Shown: positions 1 to 11,717 of the stretch, piece after piece | Numbering within the stretch: the first letter of the stretch is position 1 | Layout of the letters: every line of letters begins with the position of its first letter | Assembly (NCBI GenBank): GCA_051294375.1 | Contig: CM119265.1 | Coordinates: 6,705,489-6,769,488, forward strand | Source of the DNA: Paraspadella gotoi | Taxonomy: Eukaryota > Animalia > Chaetognatha | DNA: 64,000 bases | Direction: 5' to 3' | The notes under the pieces: generated by a model | What the model was told of the DNA's origin: nothing | Database searches by the model: none | What the model saw: the letters and a program-made list of their open reading frames with translations, nothing else | Made by a program: the position numbers and the translations under genes

Positions 1-94
1 AATACTGCGATAGAACCGAATGACGGAAATATTTTTTTTTTCTTTAAAATTTCCTTAAACAGAATCTTGACATTGTCAAGTCAACTTGGGCCTA

Positions 95-3000
95 CCAAAG
101 ACGCATCTTCGTCAATTTGTCCATCGCCGTCATCGTCGATCAAGTTGAAGATTTCCTCATCTATTTCTCCGTCGCAGTCATATCAATACCATCTCCCGCT
201 TTTTGATTCGTCTTGGAAACACTACGTAAAGTATTACAATGAAAATCTAAATTAATCTCGTAAGCTCTTACATTATTGTTTACATAGAACAAATCCTCGT
301 CCATCCTTCCATCTTCGTCGTCGTCTCTTCGATTAAAAATTTCCCTCGTCTATTTTACCGTCGCAGTCATTGTCGATTCGATCCCCCGAGATTTGTTTCG
401 TTTCTTGGCACTGCGGGACGTGGAGGCCGTTATAAAACCGATATTTCTACGAGCATGAAACTTTTTTTTTCTCCATAAAAACACACGAGCCACTCGAAGT
501 TGATACCGCGGCCAGGTCCTCGTCAATTTTTCCGTCGTCATCATATCCGCAAAGTTGAAAATTTCTTCCGTCTATTCAACCCGTCACAATCGTTTATCTA
601 CGTTGTCGCCGGCCAGAACCTCTGTCTGTCGCAACTGTGATAATAAATCGACAGTATAAGTTGAATTGTTTGTTTGTTTGATAAAAACGAAAAAAAAAAA
701 ATTTACCGCGTCCGAGATCCTCATCGACGTAGTTATCCCATCGTATCTATTTTGTCAACGTTTTCCTTCGTCAAATTTTGCCGTCACAAATCGTTTATCG
801 ATTCCATCGTTAGGCACGGTGGCTGACTTTTCGCACTGAAAATTATATCCGTGACATTCGTGAAAGCCTTTCCAGCCTGTCGATTGTCGACGTCTAATTA
901 ATTTGGTCCTTCTTTTATAGAAATGCGCATTTTTTCCGCAAAAATAAAGGTTGAGGGTTAGAAGATAAAGGTATTAGAGTAAAGGATTGGGGTTATGTAT
1001 TTGATAAAAGATAATAATTAAATATATTCAGAATTAAATTTAAGTATAGAGTTGAAACAGAAATGGTGGCGCCTTCGAAAAATAGTGCCGAAGATTTTAA
1101 CCATGACCAAATCTTCGTCGATTTTCCCATCTCGTCTTCGTCTTGAAGATCGAATCTTTCTTCGTCGATTCTTCCGTCGCAATCGTTGTCAATGCTGTCG
1201 CCCGGGAGGGCTTCAGTAGATCGACACTGTTCATTGAACAGTAAGCTTCAAAAAATTAACATTTATATTTTATCTCTAAAAAAGAGTTTTTTTTTTATTA
1301 CAAAGAATTTTATTGTCAACTTTTATAAATATGGTGTCACTGAAAGTTTTAAATTTTATTATTTAAACAAGACTTTTTAAAAGTTTTAAACGATCCTTAA
1401 CCTCAAAAAAAGTCAATGAAATCATTCCGGTTATCTTTTTGGAATGAAAAAACTAGTTTATGTTTATGTTATGTTTATGTTATGTTTATTGATGTTATAT
1501 GAAATTGAGTCGAAAGCACAACTCAATAATAAATTATACCTATATCATCTTAATATAAATAAGCATTTTACTTATAAATAAGCTATCTTGCCTCCTGACT
1601 TTGGACAGGCTTTGGTGGATTAAGGCTTCCATCACTCTTACAAGATAATGAATTATGTTATTTTATATTTTATGTTTATGTTTATGTTCCTCTTACGAAG
1701 TCGAGGTCTTCGTCCACAGCGCCATCTCCGTCGTCGTCTTCAGATTAAAAATCTCCTCGTCTATTGTTCCGTCGCAGTCGTTGTCGACGCCGTCGCCAGG
1801 GAAGACGATCGAGAGTTTACACTGAAGACAAACAGTTTAACCGGCGAATGATTGGGAGGCGTCGAGCCGAACCTCACCCGCTAAACTCACCAACGCCAAA
1901 ATCTTCGTCCGTCCCTTCTCGTCCCCAGTCGTCGTCAATCTCGTTAAACGTCTCCTTCGTCAATTGTTCCGTCGCAGTCGTTATCAACGCCGTCGCCGGC
2001 GGGTCCTTCGGTCAACTCGCACTGACCCGCGGAGCCGAATTTATGAAAGTTGAAACATCAAAGAAGCAAAACGTCTCAAACCGTCCGGCGTTACCGGCGC
2101 CAAGTCTTCGTCGATGTCGCCGTCGCCGTCGTCGTCTTCGTGCGTCGAACGTCTCTTCGTCAATTCGTCCGTCGCAGTCGTTTGTCACGCCCGTCGCCGG
2201 GAGAGGGATCTGATTGGACGCACTGTTTCGAAACGACCGTGAAAGATGAAATGTCGCGGTCGAGTCGGGAAACAAAAAGAAAAAGACCCAAGTTTATACG
2301 TCTCGAGATCTTCGTCGATTTGACCGTCGTCGTCGTCGTCGAGTCGATTGAAAATTTCTTCCGTCGATTCGACCGTCACAGTCGTTGTCGACGCCGTCTC
2401 CCGCGCGAGGGCGGCGTTGGGCTGCACTGGTTTCATCAATCGTCACAGATCTCTTCAGTAACGTTGGGAACGCGATAACAGTGTTACGTTTTGAGGGATA
2501 ATACCGATCCGAGGTCCTCGTCCGTCGGCCGTCGCCGTCGTCGTCTCTCTCGTTAAAATCTCTTCGTCCACTAGACCGTCGCAGTCGTTGTCCAATCCGT
2601 CGCCAGGCAACGACGCCGTTTTTGTGCACTGTGATCAACGGGCGAGATTTTGAAGGAAATAATTTGCACGTGATTCCGAAACGTTTTTGTTTATTCGGCT
2701 CTTCACTGATACTCCGGTTCAGGAGTCCAAGCTTTTATTCGATGTTCCGTAATCAAAAACAAAAAAACCCTTTCAACGTCTTCGTCCGTCTGTCCGTCGC
2801 GTCGTCGTCTTCGCCGTCGCGAATTTCTTCGTCGATCCGTCGCGTCGCAGTCGTTGTCGAGGCGTCGCCGGTCGCGGCCGACTCCTCACGCACTGATTGG
2901 TCAAGACATCAGGGAGAGTCGTGAAAATTCGTAAAGCTGATTGGTCGATTGGAGAACGAGCTCGCGCGGTAAGAAGAATCAATAAATCGTCTTTAAAAAA

Positions 3001-3300
3001 AATTGTCGCCATTCGTCCTCACACTTTTCACTCTTTACTACTACGAAGAAGCACGTACGTACGTCTTAGTATACTTTTGGTAGAAGCGCACGGAAATAGA
3101 ACATAGTAATTTTAGAAATCTAACTTTCAATCCTAAATCCAAATCTGTACCGGAGCCAGGTCTTCGTCAACGTCGCCATCGGCGTCGTCGTCTTTTCCAT
3201 CACGCGTTTCCTCGTCCGTCCGACCGTCACAGTCATTGTCAAATCCGGTCACCGGGTTTAGGTGCAGATTGTGTACACTTATTTTTGATTGTGTGTGTGT

Positions 3301-3381
<81 letters not shown>

Positions 3382-4489
3382 GAGAAAAAAAATAAAATAT
3401 GTTTAAGGATTAGATTTTGTGATAAGACACTTTTTGTTTTCCCTGAGCCTGAGGTCTCCAGATAATAAACAAGATAAAAAAGAATGTTAGGATATAAGAA
3501 ATATATGAAAGAAAAAAGGAAACATTGTTTCTCTTTTTGATCTTTGAGGCAAATATAGTATATAAAACTCAAACAAAATCAGAAACAAGAAGTGGCTCAT
3601 TCATACATTGTCAAAGTCAGTTAAATCATATTAATTGTTCATTGTTTGAAGAGCGATAAAAGAATCCATATGAGCTATGGAAAATGTCCGATGGAAGGAG
3701 TAAATAAAAAGAAATAAAGGAAATTTAAAGGAGCAATAACGAAGAGAGAGGAAAGAAAAGAAGGATAGTCGGAGCGAGAAAAGAAACTTATAATAGCGTG
3801 AGAAGAATCGACATAAAAAAGAACATAAAACGAGTGATAAAATGAGCTAAGAAGCGATTTTTAAAAAGGGAGCGATATATGTACCGGCGCGGTGTCTTCG
3901 TCGATGGCGTGGTCGCCGTCGTCGTCGCGCCCGTTGATCGTCTCTTCGTCGACGTCTCCGTCGCAGTCGTTGTCGACGCCGTCGCCCCGACGAGGATTCG
4001 TCTGCCTACACTGAAAACGATCCGGACAACTGTGGCACTGGGCAACTCTACACAGTGCTCGAACAGCGCGACTGTGCTCCGAGCTCAAGTGCGGCGTTCC
4101 CTCGTCAGGGAAGATAATTATTTTTTTAAAAGCGGAGATAAGAAAGAGGGGGGGGATTTGGTTTTCGCGGTTTCCGTTTTGATGCAAAACTGTATACATA
4201 GCGTGGGTCGATAAAGTGAAACAATCCAGTGTACACTGTACAGTGTACAAATGTACATACAACCAGGCAGATGTGGCACAACAACGCAATCATTCCATCA
4301 GCGTTGCGCAACAAGCAACGCCAATATATACGCGGTCCAGATATGAAAATAGGACGGCAAAACAATGAACTGGGGAACATTGACAGGGATTAACATACGG
4401 GAATGAAATTCCAAAAATGCTAGTGATGGCTTTACGCATAAGGTAATATTATTACCTGGGAGGGGTTAGAGAAGAGGAGGAGAGAGAGC

Positions 4490-4520
<31 letters not shown>

Positions 4521-4640
4521 CTCACCGGTGCGTTATCATTCGTCGATCAGACCGTCACCGTCATCGTCAATTCCGTTTCGAGTTTCTTCGTCGATTTCCC
4601 CGTCGCAGTCGTTGTCTCTGCCGTCCGCCGTCTGGACCTC
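95..4640 (-). CDS. Array of at least 14 tandem repeat exons encoding acidic DNDCDG/DDDGDG (PF11617-like putative metal/Ca-binding) repeats; gene may continue past the window start
   Basis: Exons at about 4524-4638, 3884-4011, 3150-3277, 2773-2893, 2503-2629, 2298-2427, 2093-2223, 1897-2022, 1697-1821, 1101-1227, 707-835, 507-635, 285-411 and 95-222. Most begin ag|TGY (Cys) and end at gt, phase 0. The intact exon at 3884-4011 reads CRQTNPRRGDGVDNDCDGDVDEETINGRDDDGDHAIDEDTAP. Most others have 1-nt indels. Confidence 0.8.
1583..1648 (-). ncRNA. Permuted (P5-type) twister-like ribozyme, element family 3, copy with complete P5
   Basis: Minus strand: TATCTTG-TAAGA-GT-GA-TGG-AA-GC-CT-TAA-TC-C-AC-CAAAG-CCTG-T-CCA-AA-GT-CAGG-AGG-CAAGATA. 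T1 CCA/TGG, T2 AC/GT, P4 CCTG/CAGG, P5 TATCTTG/CAAGATA; one mismatch each in P1 and P2. Followed by a hairpin tail and an ACATAA-type microsatellite (1455-1520). Confidence 0.7.
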
Positions 4641-4679
4641 AACAAAAACGACCACGAAAAACAAAACAGCTTTATTAAA

Positions 4680-4713
4680 TTAAAAACAGGAAAATAAAGG
4701 AAGGAAGGAAGGA

Positions 4714-4753
<40 letters not shown>

Positions 4754-4773
4754 AGAAAGAAAGAAAGAAAGAA

Positions 4774-4809
<36 letters not shown>

Positions 4810-5036
4810 AATGAATGATGAATGAATGAATGAATGAAATGAATGAATGAATGAACGAATGAAATTATTAAAAAATTAAATAAATAAATAAATAAATAAT
4901 AAAATAAATAAATAAATAAATAAATAAATTAATAAAAAATAAATAAATAAATAAATAAATAAATAAGTAAAATAAAATTAATAAATTAATAAATTATAAA
5001 TTAATAAATTANNNNNNNNNNNNNNNNNNNNNNNNN
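4680..5036. repeat. Compound (GAAA)n/(GAAT)n/(TAAA)n microsatellite ending at an assembly gap
   Basis: Directly visible. About 4625-4700 is duplicated at about 5040-5115 across the N run, a probable assembly artefact. Confidence 0.9.
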
Positions 5037-6289
5037 CTGCCGCGCCGTCTGGACCTAACAAAAACGACCACGAAAAACAAAACAGCTTTATTAAATTAAA
5101 AACAGGAAATAAAGGAAGAAGAGAAAGAAAGAGAAATAAATAAACAACTACTCGATAATATAGATAAAAAGGATGAATAAAGGTTATCAAGAAAATTACC
5201 CGGTGATATTCGACAAGGCGGGGGCGTTGACGGGGTTGGTCTAAGGGCGCGTTGGATGCGACGGACGAGTTTAAAGGATCGTGTTCGACGGGAACATATT
5301 TAATGAAAAAGAAATTAATCTTGAGTGTCAACATCATCGAACCTATTTCGAACTCATCTCTGTTTACAAGAATGTTTAAAAAAAAAAACATCGTCCGGCA
5401 TCTGTATATAAATATATTTCGATTCGCTGCACCCAGGAGACTTTTCACTATCAGTTTTTGGAGAAATGAGTTCAAAATTCCGTCGGAAAATCTAAACATT
5501 CGGGATGAAAGACAGATGCGATGGTCGGGGAAAACGGACCTGAGAAATCGTCCTTAAAGTGGGTTATGACAATTAATATTTTTAACAAGTAGATATTATT
5601 TCGCGAACAGTATTTTTACGCTTCATTTCTGTGTTTTTATATTTTTTCCTCGTTATAATATAACGAAAAATAGGGATATAATAATAGGGATATAACTTAT
5701 ATCCCTATTTTCTTTCCGTTAAGAGAAGCACCTTATTTCGTACGAAGCTAACGAAGCGCCACTGGCAGAGTCAAAGCGACATATCTTTTTTTTTTCAATT
5801 TCGAAATACAAAAAAAATATTTTAAAATATTTTTTGGGCAAAATTGAGATTAATTTTTAAAGTACAGGTAGTTCCAGATCTTTTGGGACCAAATTGGGAC
5901 GGGTAAAAAGAAAATAATGGTATAAAATTTGGTTCTCTTATAAAAAAATTGTAATAACAATATAATATATTTTAAAAAATCACCTTTGACAACCATTTTC
6001 TTCTCTAAGTGTCTAGTAAAGGCGGCGCATGATTTTACGACGGCGCCCATTGTCACTATTGCCGCTGTCAGAAAGTCTACAGTTCTGGAGGGGATAAATT
6101 GAACATCCTCCATAGATCGAAAAAGTAATTAGCCTCGTATCCAAATACAATCCTTTTTTTTCTATTATAAAACCGTTTTTATGCTGAAGTTAGTCCCATT
6201 AGAGCTGGATCTCCCTGTACATTTTGTAAACTGAGAATCGCTAGAAATACTAAAACGAAAGGTTACATAACGCAAACACACCGACCCCA

Positions 6290-6703
6290 CCACTTCGGAC
6301 CTCGTTGACGGGCTGGGCGGAAGTGTTTTGACGGGCGGCGGCGTGGCGGGAATCTCGGCCGTAACTGGCGTGGGCGTGGCACAGTCGTAATAGACGTAGT
6401 AGTGACAATAATAAGAGAATAGCAGACAGGCGTAGGGCATGCAGCAGACGGAGGAAGAACCGGGCGTGGCAGTCGCCGAGGATCTGGAGGGTCCTAGCGA
6501 GTCGGTCTTAGCGTTGCGTCCGCCACCGTTGGCGTTGGCGTAGTTGGGGATGGCGTTGGGGTCGTAGTTGGCGTAGTAATTTCTGTAATAGTTGTCAACG
6601 TTAGCGGGATACCCGACGTTGTTCCCGTTTCCCTTATCGTAGTTTTGTTCGCCGTAACCGTTGTCACGTGTCCGAGAGCGATCGCCACCGTTGACTCCGC
6701 CGT

Positions 6704-6734
<31 letters not shown>

Positions 6735-6884
6735 GTATCCGTTTCCGTAGCCATTGCGATAAGGGTCGGGGTAGACGGGTTTATAGGTGGCGGGTTGGTA
6801 GGTCGGTCCGTACGCCGGTGGCTGAGATGGCTGTACGCCCCCACCGCCGGCGTAGTCGCTCGGCAGGTAGTAGCTGTAGCTCAT
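6290..6884 (-). CDS. Gly/Tyr/Asn-rich low-complexity exon with a Cys/Tyr cluster and Pro/Thr linker; probably the 5' part of the DNDCDG-repeat gene
   Basis: ORF 6165-6884: YRNGYGNGYGGGG...YYRNYYANYDPN...CCMPYACLLFSYYCHYYVYYDC. GC-rich codon usage like the repeat exons, same strand. A possible linker exon lies at about 5200-5300. Joining to the repeat exons is inferred. Confidence 0.65.
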
Positions 6885-7422
6885 GTCCCGAAGTTTTTTT
6901 GTCTATTGACTCGATTTTCTGTTTGTTTTCGAAGGTTTTTTTTCCCGTTGTTTTCGTCAGAGGGCGAAGCGTCGAGTCTTCATCTTTTGTTTCGGATCTT
7001 TAATCCAGTTTTGTCGTCGCGAAAATCCTCGGGAGACGAAGAGCGAAAGTAAAAAAGATGAAATGAAAAAAAAAAAAGAATTGAAAACAAAATAAACGCG
7101 CGTTTCTCGCGGCAAAAAATTCTTTCGTTCGTAAAATCCTCGGTATGCGCTTTTTTTTTTCCTCTCAAAAATATGAAGGCCCTCGAACCCCGAGCACTAT
7201 CCTGACGAAACAGTAAAAAGTTAAAGACTCACTGAACCCATAAATCGAGTAAACAGTCCTTATTATCTCTACTCTTCTCCCCGCTCTCCTTTTCATCGAC
7301 TAAACTGTAGTTTGTAATGCGAGGACGGATTAAAATGAAATGATTGAAATGAATTTCCACATTTCGAATAAATAACGAAAGCAATCTAAGAAAGATGAAG
7401 TATCCCTCTGTGGGCTTTTCAT

Positions 7423-7483
<61 letters not shown>

Positions 7484-7854
7484 TCACTCACATATCCTCA
7501 CACACATTCTAGCAAAAAAAAAGAAGATGAACACAGGTTGTTGACTTAGGCTCTAGGCAGTTTATCACATTTTTTATACTAACAATACGTCTCCACATAA
7601 TATAAACGTGTCGTATTGTTTTAGTTACTAAATCCTGTTTAACTTTTTTTGTTTTGTTTTTTTTTACTTGTAGTATTAATTACGACATTTTAATACCGCG
7701 AACGTCGGAGTTTATGGGTCGTTTGCGCGGTTTGAGTTTTTTTCCTCTTGTTTTTGGCTAAAAGCGATAAATTAACACAAAACGCCGTTTGTAGCACAGT
7801 TGGGAGCCTATGGTGGTCAGGTGTCATATGTTATTCATTTACATCATCGATGGA

Positions 7855-7909
<55 letters not shown>

Positions 7910-7910
<1 letters not shown>

Positions 7911-8480
7911 ACCAACGAAAAAGTACTTTGATGGATGAAAAAAAGGGGAAAAGTGGATTTTTGAAGATTCTCTCGGGATTGAAAAACAAATGGCAAAGAA
8001 GCGTTGAGAGTCGATCAAAGATAACGAGAGATTTGCCTGTGATGGTTTATGGCGATAACAGTTTTTTTGAGATGATGATGGTTGAAGAAGATAACTGTGG
8101 ATGCAACCATCATATTGATCGGAGATCAAATTTAAAGACCAAAGGAAATGCTTCATATAGATGGGAAATACATCAGAGCAGAAAATAAGCATTTACAAAG
8201 AAGGTAGTAGAAGTTGATGTGTCGGTGGATGAATTAAAATAGTGCGAATATTGTTGGGATTCTTGGGCTTGCTTTTCAAGCGGGAATTGAGACAAGTATT
8301 TTTTCTGAAATGGGCTGTAAAATAAATAAATAGTGCTAAACTATGAAGAAGAATTATATTGTATTGCATAGAGTGAAAGGAAGACGTTTGGACCGATTTG
8401 CTAATTAGCTGGAATGAAGACAGGATTTTGCTACGAAAGAAGTGTGGGTGGACCACTGGGTGGTTCCGTTAACAACATCT
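7910..8480 (+). pseudogene. Degenerate Mutator-like (MULE) transposase fragment
   Basis: Pieces VMVYGDNSFF...CNHHIDRR (CxxH motif) and TMKKNY...HRVKGRRLDRF resemble invertebrate MULE DDE transposases; interrupted by stops and frameshifts. Confidence 0.45.
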
Positions 8481-9124
8481 TAGCGGAGATCAGAAAATCA
8501 CAAAACTCAAATTAGCCGCGACTCTTATAAGTCATAAAATTCGATGGTTGATCGAGCAGTTCATGAATCGATTTTGATTCGATGAACACGAAGAGGAAGA
8601 TGACGATAGCGACGAAGACGGCGACGATGACGACGACGATAGCGACCAAGACGACGTCGGAGTAAATAAAAAAAAGCGTGAGCGGAAGGATGAAATTGAA
8701 TTGAGCAGCAGCGAAGGCGAAAAAGGAAAAAAAAATCTTGTTTTGACTTCTGAGACGAAAATCGAGTTTTAAAAAGCATCGAAAATACGACTTTATTTCC
8801 TTCTGACTTGAGAACGAAATTGATGAGAGAGCTGGATGCGAAAGGGAGAAAGCGGTAATAAAACAAAAGTTCAAAGAAAACAAAAGTTTTAATTAACAAT
8901 TTTAAAAAAAAAAACTCATTAAGATTTAATGTCGTCTACGCTGTTTAAGTTTACTACTAGTATTTTAATTTTTTTTAAATTTATTCGCGAGCAATTCCTT
9001 GGGCGTTCCCGCGATCGATCAAAAAATATATGTAAAAATTCCGCGGCACTCATTCTTAGAAGGAAAATAAAAGCAATAAAGTGAATGAAATCCTTGGTAA
9101 TACTGAACGGAAGAGAGAGAGAGA

Positions 9125-9199
<75 letters not shown>

Positions 9200-9743
9200 G
9201 AGCCAGGTTTAGGGATGAATTTTCGAACCCCCGGTTTCGAATCCTATCTTTTCACTGTCGAAAGCGTTGATATGTTTATGGAGACAGCTGTATCTGACTC
9301 TGTGAGCGAGAAAGGAAAGGCTTCGTCGCCATGGGGTGAGGCTTTGTCTCTGCTTTCTGTTTATATACCAAGTTATAAAGAAAAAAATATATAAACGATT
9401 CGCTCTCCGACCGACGATGAACATGCGCTTTTCATCTCCTTCACGAATTCCTTCTTTCTTCCTTTTTTCCCTTTTTTTTTCTCGATCCCTTCAATCTTTC
9501 AATTTTTGACCTTTACTCCTTCAAAAAGTGTATCATTCGACTCGTTAGACAACCTGTTAAAAAAATAAACTTGTTTGGAGACACAATAAGAATGCGCAAG
9601 CAACTTCACAGTTCGTTAGCGACGCGAAACGATAATTCCATTACAAAATTCGCGATAATCCGGAGTTGGGAACAAATATCACGAAAGTCTGAATGGTGAA
9701 TCGTGACAAGTTTTCATGCCGAGCCTAACCCTCCCTAGATTCA

Positions 9744-9807
<64 letters not shown>

Positions 9808-11717
9808 CACACACAAAGCGGGTTTCCGGATATTCTTTTGATCTCATTTTGTTTATCCATTCACTTGTATTTGTTACTTTGTTATTCCTTGCACCCATTT
9901 TGTCGTTTTTATTTTTTATTTTGCGAAACAAATTTATAGAAGATGGCTTATTATCGTAAATATTAAGAAATTAAGTAACGAGAGCATCTTTTCTCTTTTT
10001 GACCTACAACTGCAAATATTATGAAGTCTTTACTTTTCAGGTGCGATCTATCTGGAAAAGCAGTTTCGAAAAAAAAACCTCGCTCGTTCGCTTTACAGTT
10101 TTAAAAAACGATATTTTGTTCCTTGGAGAGAAACGATGAGGGAGTCAGGGACTCAGAAGAGGGAAGGGCGGGAAAAAAAGGGGAACGGGGAAAAGGGGAG
10201 AGAGAAAAAGGAGAGGGTCGTTAGAAAAGAAAAAAAAGAATTGCTAGGGCTTCGGGCCTTGAAAATATTCTTAACTTGGTTGAAGCGTTAAAGCAAAAAA
10301 AAAAATAATGGGAAGAAAAAAGAAAACAAAATTTGACGAGAACATAGAGGTGGGAAAAAGGAGGAGAGAGGACAGAAAAGAAAAGTTAGGAAAACGTAGA
10401 AAGGGAGAGGTTACGAATTAATCAATGACAGAAAAAGGGAAGAAAAATGAAAAAAAAGTGGGTGGGATTAGCGAGAAGAGATGGGAAATGCGGTAACCAG
10501 AAAATAACCGAAGACTCAGAAAAGACGAATAAAATAAAGACTAAATAAAATAAATAAGAGAAAAATATTTTATTACGTCTTCCGACGAGAATATAAAAGA
10601 TGCAGAAGTGGTTATCTTCGAATTCAAGAATAAACTCGAAAGAAAAAAATCAAATGTAAACCTCAAGAAAGAATTTAATTTTAAAAAAATCTAAAAATCT
10701 CAGTGGGTCGTGCTTTCGAATGAAGCGTCGAGTGATATGTCTTTTGTTTATTTCGCTGTCTCAAAATCTTTAAAAAAATTTTCTCCAAAAAGACTTTGAC
10801 TGCTAGAGTTCGCCAATGTCTTTATCTTTGCTCATTTGTTTATTTATTTACTGTTGGAAAAGGGAACAGCTATGTAAAATATATTAAAATTTGAAGTTAA
10901 AAAACTTTTACAAATTCCTGTTCATATTCAGAATCATTTTTATTCCAATCCTTTTTTACGCAATATATAACATTCAATTATCTCTATAATTGTTGTGCAT
11001 TCTCAACTTTGATTTTTTTTCCCTCGCCCACTGTCCTCGGACTCTTTATATGCAGATGAGATTCTGTCAGGTCATTTCTGACAGGAAAAAAGTTAAAGTT
11101 AAAGTTAAATCGAAACTTATACTTCTAGTTTATAGGAATCAGAAATGAAAAATGACAGGGCCGACTCGTTTCTTTCTTTATCATGAACTTAGTAAGAATA
11201 AAAATATCTCGTAATCACTGCTAGTGACGAAAATAGTAACAATAAAAATAAGGAGAGAGTGAAGAATTGTGACGTTTTAATAGAAGTAGAAAAGAAGTGA
11301 GACTATCGATCTTACACACGTCGCTATATGCATATTTGAGGAAACCTATACCTAGTATTAAACATAAAAGAATATGATCCTTCCAAACCCAATCTGAGTA
11401 TGAGTAAAGGTTAAAGGTTAAAGGTTACAAAATACAATTGAAAAAAGAAAACTTTAAAAAACGAAAGTCTTGTTGAATTGTTGAATTCGGTGGACCAGTC
11501 AGACTACTTTTACCGTCCCTCTTCTTCAGCTTTTCAGTCTCGCAGAAACTTAGGAAGAATGATATCTCTGGATTACGCTCTTTCCTACTTTCCAACTATT
11601 CAAACTTCCTCCAAACACTCTCCGACAGACGAATTTGATTTCCCTTGAGTTAGTTATCTTTTAATCTGCTAAAGACGAAAGACGCAAGAAGGTCGCCCAA
11701 CATCAAGAGACAACAAA

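Noticed and set aside
1764-4214. Arg-rich and Val-rich plus-strand ORFs
   Set aside because: Antisense or off-frame shadows of the GAC-rich minus-strand repeat exons.
5037-5115. Apparent duplicated exon start next to the N gap
   Set aside because: Mirrors 4625-4700 across the gap; most likely a scaffold overlap artefact.
8540-8670. Acidic DEHEEEDDDSDEDGDDDD stretch (plus) or TM-like VVLVAIVVVIV stretch (minus)
   Set aside because: GAC-rich low complexity gives both readings; no supported splice or start context links it to a gene.
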